Assembly: GCA_042408955.1 (NCBI GenBank)
Contig: JBHOQQ010000164.1
Location: forward strand, 1,138-65,137
DNA from: Thermomicrobiales bacterium
GTDB lineage: Bacteria; Chloroflexota; Chloroflexia; Thermomicrobiales; UBA6265
DNA: 64,000 nt
Direction: 5' to 3'
Position 1 is the first letter of the stretch. Every line of letters starts with the position of its first letter. Positions 45,078-54,228 of this stretch are shown piece after piece. The notes beneath the pieces were generated by a model. The model ran no database searches and had not been told where the DNA came from. It saw only the letters and a program-made list of their open reading frames with translations. The translations under genes were made by a program, and so were the position numbers.

Positions 45078-46175
45078 TCAGTGAAAAATACTGGGGAGAG
45101 CCTCAGGCCGCTTGTTCCCAATCACAGCGAACCCAGTCAGGCGCGCCGGGCGGCAACTACACTGAACCTCTGTCACTGTTGGTCCCGGGGCCGGATACCA
45201 GGACATGGTGGCGGTGCTGGCAAGACCAGTCCGATGGCGAGTCAATGAGGCTGTTTCGATCTGGCGTAGAAGATAGGAGTGACCGTTATTGTCGGTAAAG
45301 CGATCAAAACCCGGCCATGTCCAGCAGCCGGCTCCGTGGCCAGATACTGGAAGCGCCGCCACGGTAGTACGCGTGAGCCGAAGCGTTGCTGTCACGAGGA
45401 TGCCCTCGTTGCCAAGAACGACTCGATCGACCAAGCAGCGCATGTCTGAGGAGTCGCACGTCGTACGCAGGGATAATGTTCTGAAAGAGTGACCTATCGT
45501 CTCAGCAATCTTTGGACTGCGCGGCGGGCAGCTTTGGACAATAACGCGCCGCAGCGCCCGAATGGCGGTCACCCAGCCCACCTCCGTGCGAAGCCAGGCG
45601 AGCGGATCGCGTGCCTCGCGTGAGCGAAGCACCGTCGCGACGAAGGCAAAATCATCCGTTGTCAGGTCTTGCGGCGGACGCGGATCTGGCGAAGGCAACG
45701 AGGGCAGGAGGCGCCGGAGCGAATCAACAGCTTCCCGGACGGTGTCTGGCTTGGCGACGTCGGCGGTGTTGAGCAGCGCCAACAATCGGGTCCCATCCAC
45801 GTGGCGAGTGAGTGCCTGAACCCAGACCGCAATCTCTGGCCACGACTCTGAGATGAGCGGGACATCTGCCTGAGGTGATTGAGGCTCGTGCGTGATTGCT
45901 TGAAGGATGTTGATGAGTGCTTGCTGGAGAGCGATGCGTGCGACTAGGTCGCCATGCGCATCGAGGATCCAGGTAAGCGGATCGAGATCATCGCTAAGAT
46001 GCAAGAGATTTCGGAGCAAGTTGCGCTCCCCGGGTCGCTCTGGCTCCCTCAGGATGGCATGAGGGGGAAGATGGCGCATCGCCCGCAACTGCTCTGACAG
46101 AAACATCCCCTCGTGTGTTTGCTCCTTCATCTGACAAACCCTAACGCTACCAGCAACGGTCTCCCGATTTCGCAC
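45078..46175 (-). CDS. Hypothetical protein (365 aa), no recognisable family
   Basis: Long ORF with coding-like composition. The N-terminal half looks helical (LLRNLLHLSDDLDPLTWILDAHGDLVARIALQQALINILQAI). The C-terminal ~150 aa are Cys-containing and beta-like. Starts 22 nt after the upstream ORF's stop. Confidence 0.5.
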   Translation of the reverse strand: MRNRETVAGSVRVCQMKEQTHEGMFLSEQLRAMRHLPPHAILREPERPGERNLLRNLLHLSDDLDPLTWILDAHGDLVARIALQQALINILQAITHEPQSPQADVPLISESWPEIAVWVQALTRHVDGTRLLALLNTADVAKPDTVREAVDSLRRLLPSLPSPDPRPPQDLTTDDFAFVATVLRSREARDPLAWLRTEVGWVTAIRALRRVIVQSCPPRSPKIAETIGHSFRTLSLRTTCDSSDMRCLVDRVVLGNEGILVTATLRLTRTTVAALPVSGHGAGCWTWPGFDRFTDNNGHSYLLRQIETASLTRHRTGLASTATMSWYPAPGPTVTEVQCSCRPARLTGFAVIGNKRPEALPSIFH

Positions 46176-46197
46176 GAGCGTGCTACGTGACGTATGC

Positions 46198-46842
46198 CTA
46201 ATCTGAGGGGTTCAGAAACGTGCAGATAGCAATGGGTGTTACGACATAACCGGTCATGTATGCGTAAACCCAGCCGGTCCATGTGAATCGAGATGCCGTC
46301 CTCGACCAAGAGCTTGACCACGGCCACTCAGTGCCGCCGAAAGAATCGGAGATGCCTTTCGTCGTATTTTCCCAATGCACATCGTAGCGAACTCTCATGA
46401 TCGTTCCTCTTGTGGATGTCGCAGCGAGATAAAATCCCGCGTAGCCACCTCCATTATTCCAAGCCCAAAGTGTCGAGGTCCCACAATTCCCGGGCACAGT
46501 TCCGGCCGGCTCGAAAACACTATCGTCGTCCGCATCCCCGGCAATGGTCTCGCTCACTCCTGATGGGCAATCGCCATGAAGCATTGCGTCCTCCAGATAT
46601 GCTGGCGGCACCTCGGCGCACGTCGCTAAACGCATGGGCACCTGTATGACGCCGGCGTCATCCTCGCTTGTCGTAGCAGGTTTACAACAGCGGAGTGCAA
46701 GATCGTGGCCGAAACCAACGCGAAAGCGGCGGAAAGACGGAACTATGCATGCATCGCGATGCTCCATGTGTCTGGGCCGATTGATCATAGTTTGCTTCGA
46801 GAGTCGCTGAATGTCAAAGGTTCTTGAACAGCAACCGTCCAT
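46198..46842 (-). CDS. Hypothetical protein (up to 214 aa) with a Trp/Gly/Thr/Ser-rich C-terminal domain
   Basis: C-terminal ~100 aa: PGNCGTSTLWAWNNGGGYAGFYLAATSTRGTIMRVRYDVHWENTTKGISDSFGGTEWPWSSSWSRTASRFTWTGWVYAYMTGYVVTPIAICTF. No signal peptide seen; start uncertain. Confidence 0.45.
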   Translation of the reverse strand: MDGCCSRTFDIQRLSKQTMINRPRHMEHRDACIVPSFRRFRVGFGHDLALRCCKPATTSEDDAGVIQVPMRLATCAEVPPAYLEDAMLHGDCPSGVSETIAGDADDDSVFEPAGTVPGNCGTSTLWAWNNGGGYAGFYLAATSTRGTIMRVRYDVHWENTTKGISDSFGGTEWPWSSSWSRTASRFTWTGWVYAYMTGYVVTPIAICTFLNPSD

Positions 46843-47138
46843 ACAACGGTGTCAGTGATTCTCGCTGCCGCCGCAAGGGTGTTGCTTTGCGCGTAGCACG
46901 ATCCCTTGCGTGTGACTCGTCCACGATCGCGGCCAGGTTCTCTTTCGACCTCGTCACTAGTTGGCCGTCGGAGCTCTGCTCAGTTTGTAGCAAGGGCACG
47001 TGCCGTCCTCGCCTGTCACTCGCGGCGCGGGCGCAGACTTGCAATCCCCGAAACGTTGGTGCCTGCTGAGTGTGCTGGCCTCGCTGGGCGCCGCGTGACA
47101 GGAGGGAGAATTGAATAATGGATAGGTGGCGAACGTGG

Positions 47139-48239
47139 TCAGATCACCTCCAGGTCGTTCAAGCCGGGCAGCTCGGGGAAGGGCGCGTGCGGCTCGGTTT
47201 GGTACCAAAACGCCGTCGAGGCGATGTCGTCGTGGCGTGGGTAATACCGTCGTTGCCCTTCAAGTGGCGACCGCCAGCCCAGGGCCTGGATTGTGACGCG
47301 CAAATCTTGCTTGAACCGGATCGGGTCCATGATATGCCACCGGTACATCCCAAACCGCTGCTGCGAACGATACAGCCCGTCGGGAACAATCACTTGGGGA
47401 AGGCCGAGGAAGGGCGTGGAGTAGATGCCATACTGCCCTTGCGGATGCTCGAAGTTCCAGGCACCGCCGAAATAGTCCTCCGTGCCGGTGCCGCAGATCG
47501 TCGGCCAGTCCGCATCTCCATCCAGGTAGAACTTGATCTCCCCCTCGCCCCACCAGCCGTTCGCGTTGACGCCCCACGCGAGGTAGGTGCCGACGTAATG
47601 GCCCTGGCCGCGCACGCCGTCCAGGATCGTGTGCACCTCCCCCCGCGGCAGCGGGTTGTTCCGGCGCCACTGCGCGTGCAGATAGGCGCGGTCCTCCGGC
47701 ACCTCAGTGAGGGTGTAGGTGATCTGGTAGTAGAAGCCACGGATCTCATCCGGGCTCAGATTTTCCACCTCGATCCGCGCGTGTTGGCGGAACGGCATCT
47801 CCCAGTAGCAGTTGAACCCTCCCGCTGGATTGACTGCTACCGGCAGCGAAGCGATGTTGCACCGCTCGCACCAGCCATTGCAGAAGAAATCACCGAGAGG
47901 CGTCTCAATCGATGGTGTCGCCTCCCCGTCCCAGAAGGCTCGAAACACCAGCCGCCGCCAGGCGCTGGGGTGAACCGTCAGCCAGATGTGCTGGATCGCA
48001 CCCGGACCGGCGATGTCCGCCAGCGTCGCGGTCTGGTGCCCGGCAATATCAATGCTTGGGGAGATCTTCCAGCCGCGGCCCAGTTCCCGCGCGGCAATCG
48101 CGCCCGTGCCCTCGGTCGCCATCCCACCCCGACCCCTCTCACCGGTCGGATTTTCCGCGCTAATTGAGCGCGTCTCTGCATCCGAAAGCCGAGACACGTT
48201 TCCCAGATGCATCCCAAGCCCATTGAATCCCGTGCTCAC
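47139..48239 (-). CDS. DUF2961 / glycoside hydrolase family 172-like protein
   Basis: 366 aa. RSISAENPTGERGRGG, GAIQHIWLT, FWDGEATPSIETPLGDFF, GEGEIKFYLDGD..PTICGTGTEDYFGGAW, YRWHIMDPIRF are DUF2961 hallmarks as I remember them. Confidence 0.85.
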   Translation of the reverse strand: MSTGFNGLGMHLGNVSRLSDAETRSISAENPTGERGRGGMATEGTGAIAARELGRGWKISPSIDIAGHQTATLADIAGPGAIQHIWLTVHPSAWRRLVFRAFWDGEATPSIETPLGDFFCNGWCERCNIASLPVAVNPAGGFNCYWEMPFRQHARIEVENLSPDEIRGFYYQITYTLTEVPEDRAYLHAQWRRNNPLPRGEVHTILDGVRGQGHYVGTYLAWGVNANGWWGEGEIKFYLDGDADWPTICGTGTEDYFGGAWNFEHPQGQYGIYSTPFLGLPQVIVPDGLYRSQQRFGMYRWHIMDPIRFKQDLRVTIQALGWRSPLEGQRRYYPRHDDIASTAFWYQTEPHAPFPELPGLNDLEVI

Positions 48240-48354
48240 CTTGCTCCCTCCACTTCCGTTGCTCTTGCACGGCGCAGCAGCGTTGTCGCCGCCCGCCCGG
48301 TGGTGCTCCGAGATGGCCCATCAAGCCGGAGCACAGATTGCTTCAAGGAGCGCG

Positions 48355-49650
48355 TCAAGTTTCGCCGCGCCCTGATCGTAGATCTTCCCTCCCGAGCAGG
48401 TGCAACCCCAGCCCGCCCGCCAATGTCAGGAGCGTTCCGCCTGCCCAAAACAGCGGCCGGATGCCGACCGCGTCCACGGCCAGTGCGCCAGCGGCGAGCG
48501 AGATGAGGCGCATTATGCTCCAGTCGATGTCCAAAAGGGTGAAAACCCGGCCTCGCACATCCTCGGGAATGACGCTCTGCAGCGTCGAACTGAATACCAC
48601 CATTCCTGTTGAAGTGTTGAGCCCGTAGACGAATAGGACCAGCAGGGCGACTGGCAGCGGCGTGAACACCGCCAGCAGTACGTCACCGACCCCGCGGATT
48701 ACATACGGCACGAAGAGCCAGCGAGGGTCCCGATAGTCGCGGGCCAGCATGTTCGGTATCAGTGGCCCGACGAGTGCACCCACGCCGATCGCGCCGATGA
48801 GCCATGCGAAGCCGGCTGGCGGGAGCTTCAAGTGCCGCTCAGCCAAGACGACGAGCATGGCGCTTGTTGCACCCGTTGCAAGGGAGGCCAGCGATTGCAC
48901 AATGAGCAAGCGGGAAACAAGGCGGTCGCGCAGGCCGTAGGTGAGACCCGCGCGAGCATCCGCGATGTAGCTTTGCATCCCGCGCTTTGTCCCTTGTGGA
49001 ATTTGACCGGCGTGTGGCGGGATTGGGAGCCGGGCAATGAGGAGCGCCGAGATGGCGAAAGTCGATGCATTCATGGCAAAGGCGGCCTTCGTACCAATGA
49101 GGGCGATCAGGCCACCTGCCACCGCCGAGGCACCGATCTGCACCAAGCGTCCGGAAGACCACGCAACCGAATTGGCGGCTAGCCGCTGGTCCTCCGTTGT
49201 CAATGCAGGAATGACGGCTTGCACGGTTGGACTGAAGAGCGCATTGCCGGCGGCAAGGCCAGCGGCAACGGCATACGCGTGCCCCGTCCCTTGAGGCCAG
49301 ACGAGCGAGAGCGCGAGCAACGCGCGAAACAGGTCTGCACCGATGAGAACCGATTTTCGGCTAAAGCGGTCAATCACGACACCTGCGATGGGGCCAAGGA
49401 GGAGGACCGGAACGATCTCGGCAGCGACGAGCAGGGCGACCGTCACCCCGCGGCCGGTGAGTTGAAAAACTAGGACAACGAGAGCGATATAGTGCAGGGT
49501 GTCGCCGAAAATTGAGATCAACTGCGCGAGCCAAAGCGGAAAGTAGGTTGGTGAGCGCGCCACGTGAGCGTAGGACCGCGCTACTGCACTGAAGCGCTTG
49601 ATCACCGTGGTCACCCTGTGCTTCGCGGTCCACCTTGCCGATGGCCGCAT
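48355..49650 (-). CDS. MFS transporter
   Basis: 431 aa, about 12 spans. GPIAGVVIDRFSRK loop (MFS motif-A-like). Confidence 0.85.
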   Translation of the reverse strand: MRPSARWTAKHRVTTVIKRFSAVARSYAHVARSPTYFPLWLAQLISIFGDTLHYIALVVLVFQLTGRGVTVALLVAAEIVPVLLLGPIAGVVIDRFSRKSVLIGADLFRALLALSLVWPQGTGHAYAVAAGLAAGNALFSPTVQAVIPALTTEDQRLAANSVAWSSGRLVQIGASAVAGGLIALIGTKAAFAMNASTFAISALLIARLPIPPHAGQIPQGTKRGMQSYIADARAGLTYGLRDRLVSRLLIVQSLASLATGATSAMLVVLAERHLKLPPAGFAWLIGAIGVGALVGPLIPNMLARDYRDPRWLFVPYVIRGVGDVLLAVFTPLPVALLVLFVYGLNTSTGMVVFSSTLQSVIPEDVRGRVFTLLDIDWSIMRLISLAAGALAVDAVGIRPLFWAGGTLLTLAGGLGLHLLGREDLRSGRGET

Positions 49651-49654
49651 CCGG

Positions 49655-50626
49655 TCACTCGCGTCGCACTCTTCCGGGATCGAGTGCCATCACGCCCAAT
49701 AGCTCGAGTCCCAAACGGGCGGCGAGTAGGGCGGTGTTCCCCGCGTGGTCGTAGGCGGGCGCAACCTCGACAACGTCGGCACCGATCAACCGAATGCCGG
49801 CCAGTGCCTGAAGGAACATCGTCGCTTCGCGGCTGCTCGGGCCACCCACTTCCGGCGTGCCGGTGCCGGGCGCGTACGCCGGATCCACGCCGTCAATGTC
49901 GAACGTTAGGTAGACCGGCCGGTCGCCCGAGCGCTCCCGTACCCGGCGGGCAACCTCGCGTACCGTCATTGTCGCCATCTCCTCGGCGGTGATGGCCAGG
50001 AGTCCCCAGCGCTCGGAGCGCTCAATATCCTCCGGTCCGAACAGCATGCCTCGGATGGCGACCTGCGTCGAAGCTTGGGGATCAATCAATCCCTCGTCGA
50101 TCGCGCGGACCACGAATGAGCCGTGGGTGTAGCTCATGCCGAAATAAGCGCCCCATGTATCCAAATGGGAGTCGAACTGGATCATGGCGAGCGGTCCGTA
50201 CGTCTTCGCCGCCGCGCGCAGGATTGGCAGGGTGATCGAGTGATCGCCACCAAAAGTCAGTGGGGTGGCACCACGCGCAAAGACCGGCGCGTAATGGTCG
50301 CTGATCGCTGCAAACGCCGCGAGTGGGTCATAGGGCGTCACCGTGAGGTCACCCGCGTCATCAATCAGCAGCCGTTCATACGGATTGACACCGAGCACGC
50401 GGTTGTATGGCCGCAGCAGGCTGCTCGCCTCGCGGATGGCCCGCGGCCCGAAGCGGGCGCCGACCCGGTACGACGCGCCGGTATCGAACGGCACGCCAAT
50501 GATCGGCGCGTCGAGCTCCTCCAGCGACGTTTTTGCCGGTAGCCGGTAGAAGGTGGTCGGGCCGGCAAAGCGCGGCGTGACTTGCGCATCAAGGGGCCGA
50601 TTTACGGGCTGCACGCTTTCACTCAT
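49655..50626 (-). CDS. Agmatinase/guanidino-acid hydrolase (ureohydrolase family)
   Basis: GGDHSITLPILRA, QFDSHLDTW, LTFDIDGVDPAYAPGTGTPEVGG (Mn-binding motifs). ATG 50626 is preceded by GGAGGAG; the track start is 50806. Confidence 0.85.
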   Translation of the reverse strand: MSESVQPVNRPLDAQVTPRFAGPTTFYRLPAKTSLEELDAPIIGVPFDTGASYRVGARFGPRAIREASSLLRPYNRVLGVNPYERLLIDDAGDLTVTPYDPLAAFAAISDHYAPVFARGATPLTFGGDHSITLPILRAAAKTYGPLAMIQFDSHLDTWGAYFGMSYTHGSFVVRAIDEGLIDPQASTQVAIRGMLFGPEDIERSERWGLLAITAEEMATMTVREVARRVRERSGDRPVYLTFDIDGVDPAYAPGTGTPEVGGPSSREATMFLQALAGIRLIGADVVEVAPAYDHAGNTALLAARLGLELLGVMALDPGRVRRE

Positions 50627-50993
50627 GCGTTTCCACTCCTCCATTTCATCCACGGCCGTGGGCGTGTCGAACGCTGATCCCCTCGTTCTCCCTCTGCCAC
50701 CACTAGCGGGGCACAACTGGCAAAAGGATATGCGATGGGTACTCAGGGGATTGCAATACCGTCTGATGGGCGATGGCGATGCGGGTGCCGGTGGCAACAT
50801 CCTCACCAGTATTGAGATTCAGGCCTGAGCGCTCAGCCGTCCGTACGGGCACGATGGGGTCCCGGATGTCTCATCGCGTCGGAACCCATCGCGCCCATTC
50901 GTGATGCGGCGGCGTACAGATGGAGTTTCCATGCGATCCCTGATCGCGTAGGGTCCTGTTGCCGGACGGCTGATGGCTGATGGCTTTTTATGA

Positions 50994-51020
50994 GAGATTC
51001 CTCGCTTCACTCGAAATGAC
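50994..51020. repeat. Hairpin-family repeat copy (reverse orientation: GTCATTTCGAGTGAAGCGAGGAATCTC)
   Basis: Same word order as 44885-44913. It lies inside a 660-bp non-coding spacer. Confidence 0.45.
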
Positions 51021-51467
51021 GGGGTGTGCCTCGGCATGAAGAGGGGATGCGCGCGGAATGACGTGGGGTGCTGGCGCGGGGCGCTCGTCGGACTGGGAGA
51101 GGATCACCCCAGCACCGCGCCCCACACGGGAGTGACGCGGTACAAGGTCCCGTGCCTGTCTGATGTGGTGCCGCACCGCGCCCCGCATGGGTGACGCACG
51201 ACGCGGGGTGACCGAATCCGCGCTCTCCCGTTGCGTTAGCGGTAAACTGTCTTTTGCCATGCAATCGCCACGGGTGGGTGACAGAGCGTTGCGGTCAGCG
51301 AAAACCGGATGGACGACGCATTGCATCGTGACCATGCTTGCCTCGTTTGAGAGGGTGGCGCAGGTTGGGGCGACTGCTGCATGCTGCGCGATCGTGAACG
51401 GAAGGGGCGTTCACACATCAATAAGGACAGCTACGGCGCGATACCAGGAACCGGGGATGGGCAGGTG

Positions 51468-54008
51468 TCAGCGTGGCGGATGGGAGGACTTGGAACCAGT
51501 GGAAAGCCCGAGCAGGCGTTCGAGAATGTGCGATCGCCAGGCCCACCGCGTGGCCACGGCCCAGGCCGCGCAGCCGGTGCCGATGACCGCCAGGTCTGCC
51601 ACCGAGAGTCGCTGTAGCTCGAACATCTGGCGGAACCAGGCTGACTCAAGCCCGGCAACGTACAACGCGAGCAGAACCCCTGCCAGGATTGTTGGCCGCC
51701 AGTCGCCGCTCAGCTCATCGCCGCCGACCCACGCCGGTGTGGGAGGTTGGACAAAGGGGATCAGCAACAAGCCGGCGATGATCGCGGTGGATGTCAAGAC
51801 TGTCCGGGCCAACGTGGCATCCCCGGTCACGCGCCACCAGGAGAGGTAGAGCGTGAGGGTGACCGGAGTCAGCATAACCACCGCGGGGAGGACAAATGGC
51901 ATCACCCTACGCAACAGCTTGCCGCTGTCACGCGCCGGCTTTGCCCAGACGGCCAGCGCCAGGGTTGGTATGCCGACCGTGAGCAGTGCCAGGACAGAGT
52001 TGTGCTTTGGCGTGATGGGGAACGGTGCGCCAACGAGGCCGGCGCCGAGGATCATTGCCAGCACGGAGAGAGAGCGAGTGAGAAAGAGCGAAATGATGTC
52101 GCGCATCCCGCCCATGATCCGCTGCCCCTCCTGAAATGTTAGCGGCAGCACGGCAAACGAATCGGCCAGGAGGACGAGATCAGCGACGCCTCGGGTTGCG
52201 GCGCTCCCGCTGCGCATCGCAATGCCGACCTGAGCCTGCTTCAGAGCCAGGACATCGTTCACGCCGTCGCCGATCATCGCCACGTAGTGGCCTTGGCCGC
52301 GGAACGCGCGGATGAGGCGCTCCTTTTGCTCGGGCGTCGTCCGTCCGAAGATCGTGCCGCGCTGCGCAAGCTCCGCGAAGTCCTTTTCGCTGGCCCGTTC
52401 TAGCTCTTCACCAGATACCGTTTCGATCGCTTCTGGGAAGCCAGCCTGTCGAGCGAGCGCCGCGACGGTGTTTGGATTGTCGCCGGAGATTAGGCGCAGG
52501 TGGATGCCCAGGCTGGCAAAGTGGGCCATCACTTCTCGGGCTTCGGGCCGGAGTTCGTCGGCCAGCACGACCAACGCGAGTGGGTCGAGACCGGCGGGCA
52601 AGCGTGGCTGGTTAGCCGCGTCGCGTAGCTTCACCGGCTCATTTCGGCTGGCAAAGATCAGAACGCGCCGTCCCTGGCTTGTCCAGGCGGCAACGCGCGC
52701 TGTCAAGTCCCAGCCCGGCCGAAGCCCGGGAGCGAGTACCTCCGGCGCGCCGAGCACGAAGGTCCCTCTCAGCGCGGGGTCGTCGCAGGCGATGGCGCTC
52801 CACTTCCGCGCTGAGGAAAACGGTACGGCTTCAACTGCGGCGCGAGCTTGCCCGGGAAAGGACGCCACGAGCGCGACGCTGGTCCGGTTGAGGTCAGACT
52901 GTGTGGCCACGAAGTCTCCGAGTTGCCGCGCGATCACCTCATCAGCGCTGCTGAGTGGCTCAAGGGTCTCGACTACAAGCTGATTCGTGGTCAGCGTCCC
53001 GGTCTTATCAAGGCAGAGCAGATCGACGTGCGAGAGGGATTCGATGGCATTTGCAGCTTGCACTAGTGTTCCACGACCGGCGAGCCGTAGTGCCGCTGCC
53101 GCGTACGTCACGACGATCATCAGTGCTAACCCTTGCGGCACCAAGGCGACTATCACTGCCGCGGCCCGCACAATCTCGCGCGCGGAGTAGCCCTCATAGG
53201 CATGGTGCAGCGCCGCGGAGAGCGGCTCGTCGAGCGGACCCAGCCAACGCGTGACGACTTCAACCAGCCGAACGGCGAGATCGATGATCACCGGGCCCGC
53301 GACGAGCACGACGATGATGACCATGACGCGGATGACCAGCTCGATGTCATGCTGCAACGGAGTCTTTTCTTGCCGGAACGCACGCGCGCGGATGGTGAGC
53401 TGGTTGGCCCGGCTCTGGCGGCCGACGCGCTGTGCCTCGTAGAGTGCGCTGCCCGAGATGCAATAGCTGCCGGAAAAGACCAGATCCCCCACGCCCTTGG
53501 ATATTGGTTCAGATTCGCCGGTGAGGAGCGACTCATCGACTTCCATGCTCCCCTGCCGGACCTGGCCATCCACAACGATCTGATCGCCTGGCATCACCTT
53601 AATGAGGTCTCCAACCACGATGCCAGCCGGATCGATCGCTTCCGGCGTCCCGTCGCGGATAACGGTAACCGTGGGTCTGGTCAGGAGCGCGATGCGGTCC
53701 AGTTTGTGTTTAGCCCGCCCCTCCTGTACGACTGCGATCGCCACATTCAGGATGACGAGGCCGGCGGTGACGAGGGCATCCCCATATAAGCCCATGGCGA
53801 CGAGGACGCCGCTCGTGGCATAGAGCACGATGTTGATGAATGTGAACGCGTTTTGCCGCAGAATCTGGCGGTAGGACCGCGTAGTTTCGAGGCGGACGTC
53901 GTTGCCCAACCCGGCCGCGCGGCGCGAGAGCACCTCATCCCGGGATAAGCCGCGCATGGTCGGCTCGATGCGAAGCGCGGTGGACGCTTGTTGCAACGAT
54001 GCGCTCAC
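51468..54008 (-). CDS. P-type ATPase (HAD-IC cation-translocating pump, substrate unknown)
   Basis: 846 aa. LLTGESEPI, CLDKTGTLTTN, LISGDN, MIGDGVNDVLALKQAQVGIAM. GTG start. Confidence 0.9.
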   Translation of the reverse strand: MSASLQQASTALRIEPTMRGLSRDEVLSRRAAGLGNDVRLETTRSYRQILRQNAFTFINIVLYATSGVLVAMGLYGDALVTAGLVILNVAIAVVQEGRAKHKLDRIALLTRPTVTVIRDGTPEAIDPAGIVVGDLIKVMPGDQIVVDGQVRQGSMEVDESLLTGESEPISKGVGDLVFSGSYCISGSALYEAQRVGRQSRANQLTIRARAFRQEKTPLQHDIELVIRVMVIIVVLVAGPVIIDLAVRLVEVVTRWLGPLDEPLSAALHHAYEGYSAREIVRAAAVIVALVPQGLALMIVVTYAAAALRLAGRGTLVQAANAIESLSHVDLLCLDKTGTLTTNQLVVETLEPLSSADEVIARQLGDFVATQSDLNRTSVALVASFPGQARAAVEAVPFSSARKWSAIACDDPALRGTFVLGAPEVLAPGLRPGWDLTARVAAWTSQGRRVLIFASRNEPVKLRDAANQPRLPAGLDPLALVVLADELRPEAREVMAHFASLGIHLRLISGDNPNTVAALARQAGFPEAIETVSGEELERASEKDFAELAQRGTIFGRTTPEQKERLIRAFRGQGHYVAMIGDGVNDVLALKQAQVGIAMRSGSAATRGVADLVLLADSFAVLPLTFQEGQRIMGGMRDIISLFLTRSLSVLAMILGAGLVGAPFPITPKHNSVLALLTVGIPTLALAVWAKPARDSGKLLRRVMPFVLPAVVMLTPVTLTLYLSWWRVTGDATLARTVLTSTAIIAGLLLIPFVQPPTPAWVGGDELSGDWRPTILAGVLLALYVAGLESAWFRQMFELQRLSVADLAVIGTGCAAWAVATRWAWRSHILERLLGLSTGSKSSHPPR

Positions 54009-54228
54009 GGTGCGCGGCTCCCTCGCAGCCCGAGATGCCTGGATACGCGTGATGGCAGGGGTGCTCCTGCTCTCGCGGCTTCCATCATCCTATGTATGGT
54101 CGCATCTCCGCCACAAACGTAGGAGCGCCGGACGAGCTTCCGTGGCAGCCGCATGACATTCCTCCGTTTGACGCGAACCACCGGCGATTAGAGAATGTGC
54201 CGCCAGTCCGGAATCGTTCGACGGTGCG

